From Gaiellales bacterium (GTDB lineage: Bacteria > Actinomycetota > Thermoleophilia > Gaiellales > JAICJC01): a DNA stretch of 36,555 nt. The notes under the pieces were generated by a model. It did no database searches. It had not been told where the DNA came from and saw only the letters and a program-made list of their open reading frames with translations. The stretch covers positions 1-36,555 of the forward strand of contig DASQYY010000137.1 in NCBI GenBank assembly GCA_035638975.1. Direction: 5' to 3'. The position numbers and the translations under genes are program-made. Every line of letters begins with the position of its first letter. Within the stretch, counting starts at the first letter, position 1. This document shows, in pieces, positions 1-7,095 of the stretch.

Positions 1-324
1 GTCGAGCACAGCCGCCGCCACCTCGGCCCGGTAGGTGTCGACCGAGACCACCGCGTCGCAGCCGCGTGCGCGGATGCCCTCCAGCACGGGGATCACGCGC
101 GCCAGCTCCTCCGCGGCCGCCAGCACCGGCCCCGGCCGGGCGGTCATACCGCCGACGTCGATCACCGTCGCCCCGTGCTCGACCAGCTGCAGCGCCCGGT
201 GCACGGCCGCCTCCGTCGTGGCCGTGGCCCCATTGTCATAGAACGAATCGGGTGTGACGTTGACGATGCCCATCAGATACGGCATGCCGGTGGCGGGCAG
301 CGTGCGGGCGCGCAGCTTGAGCAT
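1..324 (-). CDS. folP: dihydropteroate synthase, N-terminal part (gene runs off the left window edge)
   Basis: Reverse-strand translation from ATG (324-322) reads MLKLRARTLPATGMPYLMGIVNVTPDSFYDNGATATTEAAVHRALQLVEHGATVIDVGGMTARPG... This carries the GIVNVTPDSF and D(V/I)GGxxxRPG motifs typical of DHPS. The frame stays open to position 1. Confidence 0.85.
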   Translation of the reverse strand, partial: MLKLRARTLPATGMPYLMGIVNVTPDSFYDNGATATTEAAVHRALQLVEHGATVIDVGGMTARPGPVLAAAEELARVIPVLEGIRARGCDAVVSVDTYRAEVAAAVLD

Positions 325-367
325 GGGTTCAGCGTAGACGCGCTCGTACGCCGCGCAGCACGTTCCC

Positions 368-396
368 TTGACACCGAACACCTGTTCGTCTACACT
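368..396 (+). promoter_or_regulatory. sigma-70/SigA-type promoter, TTGACA-17 nt-TACACT, driving a leaderless LysM gene
   Basis: TTGACA at 368-373, exact 17-nt spacer, TACACT at 391-396. The ATG at 404 lies 7 nt after the -10 hexamer and has no Shine-Dalgarno sequence. Confidence 0.6.
375..388. promoter_or_regulatory. LexA (SOS/Cheo-type) box 1, CGAAC-ACCT-GTTCG
   Basis: Perfect GAAC-N4-GTTC palindrome with matching flanking C/G. It lies inside the -35/-10 spacer. Confidence 0.6.
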
Positions 397-410
397 CGAA
401 CGCATGTTCG
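396..410. promoter_or_regulatory. LexA (SOS/Cheo-type) box 2, TCGAAC-GCAT-GTTCG
   Basis: Perfect GAAC-N4-GTTC palindrome overlapping the end of the -10, the predicted transcription start and the ATG at 404. Its centre is 22 bp from box 1. Confidence 0.65.
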
Positions 411-670
411 CTTCAGTCGCACTTCCCAGACTGACCGTGGCAGTGGCCGCCGCGGTCTGCGCCCTGGCCATGATGCTGGGGTTCGCGTCGCCGTCGACCG
501 GCGCGGCGACGCCCACGAGCTACCGCGTGAAGCCGGGCGACACGCTGTGGGCGATCGCAGCGGCTCACGGCTCGGGCGGCGACGTCCGCGCCGCGGTCTA
601 CGCGATCCGCTCAGCCAACCACCTGTCCGGGGCGACCATCGTGCCGGGCCAGACCCTGATGCTGCCATGA
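404..670 (+). CDS. small single-pass membrane/secreted LysM-domain protein (88 aa), YneA/ChiZ-like architecture
   Basis: MFASVALPRLTVAVAAAVCALAMMLGFASP is a hydrophobic N-terminal segment. YRVKPGDTLWAIAAAHG...IRSANHLSGATIVPGQTLMLP is a LysM motif. I prefer the ATG at 404 over the track start at 368 because 368 lies inside the -35 hexamer. Confidence 0.8.
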   Translation: MFASVALPRLTVAVAAAVCALAMMLGFASPSTGAATPTSYRVKPGDTLWAIAAAHGSGGDVRAAVYAIRSANHLSGATIVPGQTLMLP

Positions 671-861
671 GCACGGCAACCGTGATCTCACTCGACGAGC
701 ACCGCGCCCGCCGCACGGGCATCCCCACGCAGGTGCGCCCGCCGATGCTGCGGATCGTCCGGCCGGACGATCCTCCCGTCGGCCAGGTGTTCACGCTCGA
801 GGTGTTCCTCGCCCGCGCCCGTGCGGTGATGAGCGAGCCGCACACCGACCTCGCGTCATAG
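667..861 (+). CDS. hypothetical 64-aa protein, translationally coupled to the LysM gene
   Basis: Its ATG overlaps the LysM stop (ATGA at 667-670). Codon third positions are overwhelmingly G/C, as in neighbouring real genes. A strong hairpin follows at 892-915. I recognise no family for it. Confidence 0.5.
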   Translation: MSTATVISLDEHRARRTGIPTQVRPPMLRIVRPDDPPVGQVFTLEVFLARARAVMSEPHTDLAS

Positions 862-891
862 GGTCGGGTCCTCGTCCGCGAGGTGCCTGAT

Positions 892-915
892 GGGGCCAGG
901 CTTCAGCCTGGCCCC
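892..915 (+). terminator. terminator-like hairpin without U-tail, GGGGCCAGGC-TTCA-GCCTGGCCCC
   Basis: Perfect 10-bp GC-rich stem with a 4-nt loop, 31 nt after the stop of the 64-aa ORF. There is no T-tract, which is common in high-GC actinobacteria. Confidence 0.5.
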
Positions 916-941
916 GGTTGCATCCGTGGTGTCTCAACCGC

Positions 942-961
942 GGTCATCCTGAAGGCTGACC
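942..961. repeat. GGTCAxCC-N4-GGCTGACC hairpin (member of the GGGGTCAG/CTGACCCC family, one stem mismatch)
   Basis: GGTCATCC-TGAA-GGCTGACC followed by CCCC. It lies in the intergenic region just upstream of rnz. Confidence 0.4.
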
Positions 962-983
962 CCCCGGATACCATGTCTTCACC

Positions 984-1961
984 ATGGACCTCGATGTCCT
1001 CTTCCTTGGCACGGCGGGTGCCGTACCGACCGCGCAGCGCGCTCCGGCCGCCTACCTCGTCCGCCGTGGGGGCGAGCGCATCCTGGTCGACTGCGGCGAG
1101 GGCACGCAGCGTCAGATGCTGCGCTCGTCCGCCGGGCTTGCCGACATCGACCTCGCCCTGGTCACGCACTTCCACGCCGACCATGTCCTCGGCCTGCCGG
1201 GGCTGCTGAAGACGCTCAGCCTGCGCTCACGGGAGGCGCCGCTCACGATCTGCGGCCCGCCCGGCCTGCGCTCGCTCATGGGCTCGCTCGACCGCGTGAT
1301 CGGCCGGCTGTCGTTTCCGCTCACGCTCGCGGAGGTGTCGGCCGGGGACGCGATCGAGCGGGACGGCTACCGGATCGAGCCCTATGCGACCGTGCACGGC
1401 GTCTCCAGCGTCGGCTACGCCCTCTGCGAAGATATCCGGCCGGGTCGGTTCGACATGGAGACGGCCTCCGCGCTCGGCGTCCCGTTCGGCCCGCTCTGCG
1501 GCGCCCTGCAGCGGGGCGAGCCGGTCACGCTGGAGGACGGCACCGTGGTCCGGCCGGAGCAGGTGGTGGGCCCGGCCCGGCCCGGCCGCCGGATCGTGTT
1601 CTCGGGCGACACGCGGCCGTGCGCCGGCACGCGCGAGGCAGCGGCCGGAGCCGACCTCCTCATCCACGAAGCGACCTTCCTCGACGACGAGCGCAGGCGC
1701 GCCCGCGACACCGGTCACAGCACGGCTGCCGAGGCCGCTCGGCTCGCAGCGGACGCGCAGGTGTCGATGCTCGCCCTGACGCATCTCTCCACGCGCTACA
1801 CCGGTGGGCAGATCCGGCGCGAGGCGCGGGAGCTGTTCGAGCACACCGTCGTGCCGCGGGACTTCGACTCGATCGAGCTGCCGCTGGCCGAGCGCGGGGA
1901 GCCGCGGCACGTGCGCGCAGACGGCGAGCACGAGGCGCCGATCCCGGCACCCGCCGGCTGA
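984..1961 (+). CDS. rnz: ribonuclease Z / MBL-fold metallo-hydrolase
   Basis: MDLDVLFLGTAGAVPTAQR...LVDCGEGTQRQM...THFHADHVLGLPGLL...FSGDTRP...LIHEATF...GHSTA. These are the HxHxDH and downstream RNase Z motifs. Confidence 0.9.
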   Translation: MDLDVLFLGTAGAVPTAQRAPAAYLVRRGGERILVDCGEGTQRQMLRSSAGLADIDLALVTHFHADHVLGLPGLLKTLSLRSREAPLTICGPPGLRSLMGSLDRVIGRLSFPLTLAEVSAGDAIERDGYRIEPYATVHGVSSVGYALCEDIRPGRFDMETASALGVPFGPLCGALQRGEPVTLEDGTVVRPEQVVGPARPGRRIVFSGDTRPCAGTREAAAGADLLIHEATFLDDERRRARDTGHSTAAEAARLAADAQVSMLALTHLSTRYTGGQIRREARELFEHTVVPRDFDSIELPLAERGEPRHVRADGEHEAPIPAPAG

Positions 1962-2707
1962 TGGACTTCGGCCCGCTGGCCGAACGCTACGACCGGCTAC
2001 GGCCCGCGGGCGAGACCTGGGAGCAGCTGGCCGACGCGACGCTGGCCGAGCTCGGTGACATCCGCCGCCTGCTCGACGTCGGGTGCGGCACCGGCCGCTT
2101 TGCGGAGCATGCCGCCGCCCGCACCGGCGCTCGCGTGTGGGGTGTTGACCCCTCGCCGGAGATGCTGGCGCGGGCGAGGGCGCGTGACATCCCGGCCGCC
2201 GGGTGGAAGCTCGCAGCGGCCGAGCGGCTCCCGTTCCGGGACGGGTGGTTCGACGGAGTCCACGCCCACCTCGTGCTCCACCTCGTCGACGACCCGGCCC
2301 GCGCGGTGGACGAGATGGCGCGAGTGGCCGCGACGGGGGGCCGGGTGGTTGCCGTCACCTTTCGCCTCGAGCACTTCCAGGCGTTCCACCTGAACCCGTA
2401 CTTCCCGTCGGTGCGCGCCCTCGATCTCGCGCGGTTCCCGGCCCCCGAGCGTGTCGCCGGCCTGTTCGAGGCTGCCGGCCTGGAACGGGTGTCGGTGCGT
2501 CCGGTGACCCAGCAGCTCTCACTCGCGCCCGGCGACGTGCTGGAGCGCGTCCGCGGCCGCTACATCTCGACGCTCCACCTGATCCCGGAGCAGGAGTACC
2601 GCGACGGGCTCGAACGCCTGGAAGGTGACCTGACCGACCGCGAGCAGCCGGTGCCGGCAGAGCTGCACTGGGCCCTCGTCACCGGCCGTCGCGCAGCGCC
2701 GCGGTGA
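1961..2707 (+). CDS. class I SAM-dependent methyltransferase
   Basis: MDFGPLAERYDRLRP...LLDVGCGTGRFAEH...VWGVDPSPEML...FDGVHAHLVLHLV (motifs I-III). Its ATG overlaps the rnz stop (TGATG). Confidence 0.8.
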   Translation: MDFGPLAERYDRLRPAGETWEQLADATLAELGDIRRLLDVGCGTGRFAEHAAARTGARVWGVDPSPEMLARARARDIPAAGWKLAAAERLPFRDGWFDGVHAHLVLHLVDDPARAVDEMARVAATGGRVVAVTFRLEHFQAFHLNPYFPSVRALDLARFPAPERVAGLFEAAGLERVSVRPVTQQLSLAPGDVLERVRGRYISTLHLIPEQEYRDGLERLEGDLTDREQPVPAELHWALVTGRRAAPR

Positions 2708-3263
2708 TGCCCGCGGCGAACGCCGACGCACCGCCGTTCGCCGGATGGCGGATGTAGGCAGCGCGGTCACCGAGCACCCCCTCGGCGATGCGGCCGACGG
2801 CAAGCACGAGGCGCGGCTGCGCGATCTCGATCAGGCGCTCTGCGAAGGCGGCGCCGGCGGCCACCTCGCCGACGGTCGGCCGGCGGTTGGAGAGCGGCCT
2901 GCCCGGGTGATGCGGATGGTGCGGGACCGTGTTCCAGAGGATCACACGGCGCTCGGCATCCAGCTCGTCGAGCACGCGATGCACGATCGTGCCGGACGGC
3001 TCGGTCCATCCGTTCGGCCGGTCGCTGGTCGCCCGGTAGGGAGGGCCCCAGCGAGCGAGATCGCGCTCGCTGGTGAACGCGATGCCCGACCATCGCATCC
3101 CCTGGTAGCCGGCGGCCTCGCCCAGCGCGACCACATCGGCGCCGCGGCGCTCCTCCAGGTACGCCCGCAGGTTGGCGAGCCGCACCGCCCCGTCCTCGCC
3201 CGCGTAGAGGTTGAAGGCCGAGCCGATGCTCGCCGCCCGCAGATCGTCCAGCAGCCGATCCAT
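2679..3263 (-). CDS. uracil-DNA glycosylase superfamily protein (194 aa)
   Basis: MDRLLDDLRAA...VVALGEAAGYQGMRWSGIAFTSE...LWNTVPHHPH...RIAEGVLG is a UDG-fold GExxG...G(I)xFT motif pattern. Only the C-terminal 194 codons of the 430-aa track ORF look like a real protein; the upstream part is Arg/Pro/Ala junk. Confidence 0.7.
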   Translation of the reverse strand: MDRLLDDLRAASIGSAFNLYAGEDGAVRLANLRAYLEERRGADVVALGEAAGYQGMRWSGIAFTSERDLARWGPPYRATSDRPNGWTEPSGTIVHRVLDELDAERRVILWNTVPHHPHHPGRPLSNRRPTVGEVAAGAAFAERLIEIAQPRLVLAVGRIAEGVLGDRAAYIRHPANGGASAFAAGITAALRDGR

Positions 3264-3295
3264 CGGGCGGCAGCGTACTGGTCTAACGTCCGGGT

Positions 3296-4054
3296 GTGGA
3301 CGAGCAGCACCGGGAGCGCGCACGGTCGTTCGGCGAGGTGGCCGAGGCGTACCAGCAGGCGCGGCCGACGTACCCGACGCATGCCGTACGCTGGCTGCTC
3401 GACGTCGCGCCCGGGCGGGAGGTGCTCGATCTCGCCGCGGGCACCGGCAAGCTGACGCGGGTGATCGCCGAGCAGGGATGCTCGGTGACCGCGGTCGAGC
3501 CGCTGGACGAGATGCGGGCGCAGCTGCAGCACGCGTATCCGAACGTGCGCGCGGTGGCGGGCAGCGCCGAGCAGATCCCGCTCGAGGACGACAGCGTCGA
3601 CGCCGTGCTGGTCGGCCAGGCGTTCCACTGGTTCGACCCGGAGCGGGCGCTCCCGGAGATCGATCGCGTGCTGCGGCCGTGGGGGGTGCTGGGACTGCTC
3701 TGGAACATCCGAGACGACTCGATCGGGTGGGTGGCCGAGCTGTCGAGCTCGCTTGCGGTCGGGCGCGATGTGCTCTCCCAGGTCGACGGCTCGGACTGGG
3801 TGCCGGTCGAGGAGCATCCCCGGTTCGGCCAGGTGGAGCGGCGGGACTTTCCCAACCCGACGCCCTTCGACGCCGCGCGGCTCGTGACCTGGGCCGCGTC
3901 CACGAGCCATTTCGCGACGATGCCGCCGGGCGAGCGGGAGTCGACGCTGCAGCGCGTCCAGGAGTTCGCACTGCGGCATCCCGGCCTCGGCGACGACGAT
4001 CACTTCACGATGCCGTTCGTGACCGTCAGCGTCCGGGCCCGCGCGCACCGATAG
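3296..4054 (+). CDS. class I SAM-dependent methyltransferase (252 aa)
   Basis: VLDLAAGTGKLTRVIAEQGCSVTAVEPLDEMR...VDAVLVGQAFHWFD. GTG start. Confidence 0.8.
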   Translation: MDEQHRERARSFGEVAEAYQQARPTYPTHAVRWLLDVAPGREVLDLAAGTGKLTRVIAEQGCSVTAVEPLDEMRAQLQHAYPNVRAVAGSAEQIPLEDDSVDAVLVGQAFHWFDPERALPEIDRVLRPWGVLGLLWNIRDDSIGWVAELSSSLAVGRDVLSQVDGSDWVPVEEHPRFGQVERRDFPNPTPFDAARLVTWAASTSHFATMPPGERESTLQRVQEFALRHPGLGDDDHFTMPFVTVSVRARAHR

Positions 4055-4101
4055 CCGGGACCGACGTGCCGCCGTCCGCCGGCGCTGATAGGCTGTTCTC
4101 C

Positions 4102-4122
4102 GGCTCGAGCGGTCAGAGAGCC
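4102..4122 (+). promoter_or_regulatory. candidate PyrR-binding RNA hairpin in the pyr leader
   Basis: GGCUC-GAGCGGUCAGA-GAGCC hairpin. The loop and 3' arm read GGUCAGAGAGCC, which resembles the conserved (U/C)CCAGAGAGG(C/U) core of PyrR binding loops. It lies about 55 nt upstream of the leader ORF and pyrR. Confidence 0.4.
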
Positions 4123-4176
4123 ACCAACCTTGCACCCCTTTAATCCGCGGCCTGCGAGCCCGGGAAGGAGTTGACG

Positions 4177-4218
4177 ATGATCTGCGCCTGCACACCGACG
4201 CCCACCGCACGCGGGTGA
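4177..4218 (+). CDS. 13-codon leader ORF (MICACTPTPTARG) coupled to pyrR
   Basis: A strong SD, GGAAGGAG (4163-4170), sits 6 nt before the ATG at 4177. The stop TGA (4216-4218) overlaps the pyrR GTG (4215-4217). pyrR has no SD of its own. Confidence 0.4.
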   Translation: MICACTPTPTARG

Positions 4219-4763
4219 GCGCGTTCGAGACGACCGGGCGCGTCCTGCTCGACGAGGCCGATCTGCAGCGCACGCTGCGCCGGATCGCCCACGAGATCGT
4301 GGAAAAGCACCCGGATCTCGACGAGCTCGCACTGGTCGGCATCCACACCCGCGGGGTGTACCTGGCCGAGCGCCTGGCCGACCTGGTCGAGCAGTTCACC
4401 GGCACCCGCGTCCCCACCGGCGCCCTCGACATCTCCTTCTACCGGGACGACGTGCGCGTCCACCCGCATCCCGTGGTGAAGGCAACGCGGCTCGATTTCG
4501 ACCTGGACGGCCGGTCGGTCGTCCTGGTCGATGACGTGCTCTTCACCGGCCGCACCATCCGCAGCGCGATCGAGGCCCTGTTCGGCTTCGGGCGCCCGCA
4601 GCGGGTGCAGCTTGCGGTGCTCGTCGACCGCGGGCACCGCGAGCTGCCGATCCGCCCCGACTACGTCGGCAAGAACCTGCCCACCGCGCGCACCGAGCGC
4701 GTCAACGTCCAGCTGTCCGAGGTCGACGACGTCGACCGCATCGTCCTCCTCACCGCCGAATAG
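4215..4763 (+). CDS. pyrR: bifunctional pyrimidine operon regulator / uracil phosphoribosyltransferase
   Basis: LLDEADLQRTLRRIAHEIVEKH...LVGIHTRGVYLAERL...VVLVDDVLFTGRTIRSAIEAL (PRPP-binding motif). It sits at the head of the pyr operon. Confidence 0.92.
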   Translation: MSAFETTGRVLLDEADLQRTLRRIAHEIVEKHPDLDELALVGIHTRGVYLAERLADLVEQFTGTRVPTGALDISFYRDDVRVHPHPVVKATRLDFDLDGRSVVLVDDVLFTGRTIRSAIEALFGFGRPQRVQLAVLVDRGHRELPIRPDYVGKNLPTARTERVNVQLSEVDDVDRIVLLTAE

Positions 4764-4774
4764 GAGCCGCCGCA

Positions 4775-5773
4775 GTGGATCTCTACCCGCCAACAGGACT
4801 CGCCCGGCGCCGACACCTGCTCTCGATCGGCGACCTCGAACGGGCCGACGTGGAGCGGATCCTGGAGACCGCCGAAGGGTTCGAGTCGGTCATGCACCGA
4901 GACGTCAAGAAGGTGCCGACGCTGCGTGGCCGGACGGTCATGAACGTGTTCTTCGAGTCGTCGACTCGCACCTCGAGCTCGTTCGAGCTCGCGGCCAAGC
5001 GGCTCTCGGCCGACACCGTCAACCTGAAGGCGTCGGGGTCGAGCGTGGACAAGGGTGAGTCGCTCAAGGACACGGTGCTGACGCTGTCCGCCTACGACCC
5101 GGACGTGATCGTCATCCGCCACCCGCAGGCGGGCGCGCCGGCGCTGGTGACGCGGCACACGGATGCCCACGTCGTCAACGCCGGTGACGGCAAGCATCAG
5201 CACCCGCCGCAGAGCCTGCTCGACCTCTACACGATCCGCAAGGCGCTCGGGCAGGTGGAGGGGCTGCAGGTCGCCATCGTCGGGGATGTGCTCCACTCGC
5301 GCGTGGCCCGGTCGAACATCCAGGCGCTCAGGCTGCTGGGGGCCGAGGTGCTCCTGGTGGGGCCTCCGGCACTGATTCCGCGCGATGCCGCCGCCGCGAT
5401 GGGCGTGACCGTCTCGTACGACATCGGTGACATCGCCGAGGCCGACGTGGTGTATGTGCTCCGCATGCAGCGCGAGCGGATGCTGGAGGGTGCGAACTAC
5501 GTACCGTCCCTGACGGAGTACTCGGCGCTCTGGGGCGTGACACCCGAGCGCGTGCAGCCGAGCCAGCTGGTCATGCACCCGGGGCCGATCAACCGTGGCG
5601 TCGAGATCGCGGCCGAGGTGGCCGACAGCGCGAGCTCCAGGATCGTCGATCAGGTGCGCGCCGGCCTGGTGACACGGATGGCGGTGCTCTACGACCTGCT
5701 CACGGAGCCGACAACGCGCGGCGGCCAGGCCGCGCTGCGAGCGGTGGAGCCGGCCGGTCAGGAGGTGGCGTGA
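4775..5773 (+). CDS. pyrB: aspartate carbamoyltransferase catalytic subunit
   Basis: FFESSTRTSSSFELAAKRL...HQHPPQSLLDL...HPGPINRGVEI. These are the STRT and HPxQ motifs. Confidence 0.95.
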   Translation: MDLYPPTGLARRRHLLSIGDLERADVERILETAEGFESVMHRDVKKVPTLRGRTVMNVFFESSTRTSSSFELAAKRLSADTVNLKASGSSVDKGESLKDTVLTLSAYDPDVIVIRHPQAGAPALVTRHTDAHVVNAGDGKHQHPPQSLLDLYTIRKALGQVEGLQVAIVGDVLHSRVARSNIQALRLLGAEVLLVGPPALIPRDAAAAMGVTVSYDIGDIAEADVVYVLRMQRERMLEGANYVPSLTEYSALWGVTPERVQPSQLVMHPGPINRGVEIAAEVADSASSRIVDQVRAGLVTRMAVLYDLLTEPTTRGGQAALRAVEPAGQEVA

Positions 5774-7095
5774 TGCAGCTGACCCAGCGTGAGGCCCCGC
5801 CGGCGGATCTCCTGATCAAGGGCGCCAGGTTGGTCGACGGCGCCAGCGGGCTCGAGGGGCCGCAGCTCGACGTCCGCATCGCCTCCGGCGTGATCGCCGA
5901 GGTCGGGAGCTCGCTCGACCCCGCTGGGGCCGAGATGATCGATGCCGACGGCCTGACGATGACCCCCGGCCTGGTCGACCCGCACGTGCATCTGCGCACA
6001 CCGGGCGACGAGGACGAGGAGGACATCGCGTCGGGGACGCGCGCGGCAGCGGCGGGCGGGTTCGTCGCCATCCTGGCGATGCCGAACACGAGCCCGGTGG
6101 TCGATTCCGCCGCGGTGCTGAACGGGCTGATCACGCGCGCGTCCGAGCAGGCGGTCGTCGCCACCGGCTTCTTCGCGGCGATCACCCGCGGCCTGGAGGG
6201 CCGCGAGCTGGTGGACATGGCGGAGCTGGCCGCACGTGGAGCGGTGGGGTTCTCGGACGACGGCCGTCCGGTGGAACGTGCCGGCATGCTGCGGCGGGCG
6301 CTGCAGTACAGCTCTGTCACCGGCCGCAAGCTGTCGCTCCACGAAGAGGACCTGACCCTGACCGCGGGCGCCCAGATGCACGAGGGCGCCGTCTCGGCCG
6401 AGCTGGGGCTGCACGGCTACCCGAGCATCGGCGAAAGCGTGATGGTCGGCCGCGACCTGCAGATCGCGCGCTACGAGGGCGCCCCGCTGCACCTCTGCCA
6501 CATCTCGGCCGCGGAATCCGTGGCCGAGATCCGGCGTGCCAAGGAGCTGGGAGTGGCGGTGACTGCCGAGGTGTCGCCCCATCACCTGTGCCTGACGGAC
6601 GAGCTGGTGCGCGACCTCGACCCGGCCGTGAGCAAGATGAGCCCGCCGCTGCGCTCGGACGCCGACCGGGCGGCGCTCGTCGAGGCGCTCGCCGACGGGA
6701 CGCTCGACTGCGTCGGCACCGACCATGCGCCACATCGCGCGCACGAGAAGGAGGTGCCGTTCGAGGCGGCGCCCAACGGGGTGATCGGGCTTGAGACGGC
6801 GTTCGCGGCGGTGTACACCAACCTGGTCGAGCCGGGCCTCGTGCCGCTGGCGACCGTGCTCGAGCGCATGTCGACCGGCCCGGCCCGGGCGTTCGGCCTT
6901 CCGGCGCCGGCGCTGCGAGTGGGAGAGGTTGCCAACCTCGCGCTGTGGGACCTGGCGGAGCGGTGGGTGGTCGGGCCGCCCTATGCATCACGGTCGCGAA
7001 ACTGCGCCTTCGGAGGGCGCACGCTGCAGGGACGGTGCACGATGACCGTCGCCGGCGGCTCGGTGGCCCACCGGCTGGCGGAGGTGGCCCGATGA
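5770..7095 (+). CDS. pyrC: dihydroorotase
   Basis: PGLVDPHVHLRTPG...LSLHEED...GTDHAPH. The start (GTG 5770 or ATG 5773) overlaps the pyrB stop. Confidence 0.93.
   Translation: MMQLTQREAPPADLLIKGARLVDGASGLEGPQLDVRIASGVIAEVGSSLDPAGAEMIDADGLTMTPGLVDPHVHLRTPGDEDEEDIASGTRAAAAGGFVAILAMPNTSPVVDSAAVLNGLITRASEQAVVATGFFAAITRGLEGRELVDMAELAARGAVGFSDDGRPVERAGMLRRALQYSSVTGRKLSLHEEDLTLTAGAQMHEGAVSAELGLHGYPSIGESVMVGRDLQIARYEGAPLHLCHISAAESVAEIRRAKELGVAVTAEVSPHHLCLTDELVRDLDPAVSKMSPPLRSDADRAALVEALADGTLDCVGTDHAPHRAHEKEVPFEAAPNGVIGLETAFAAVYTNLVEPGLVPLATVLERMSTGPARAFGLPAPALRVGEVANLALWDLAERWVVGPPYASRSRNCAFGGRTLQGRCTMTVAGGSVAHRLAEVAR

Noticed and set aside
5755-5785. GGTCAG...CTGACC pairing across the pyrB/pyrC junction as another member of the hairpin family
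   Set aside because: It has only 6 bp and an 18-nt loop, lacks the GGGG/CCCC extension, and lies in coding sequence. It is probably coincidental.
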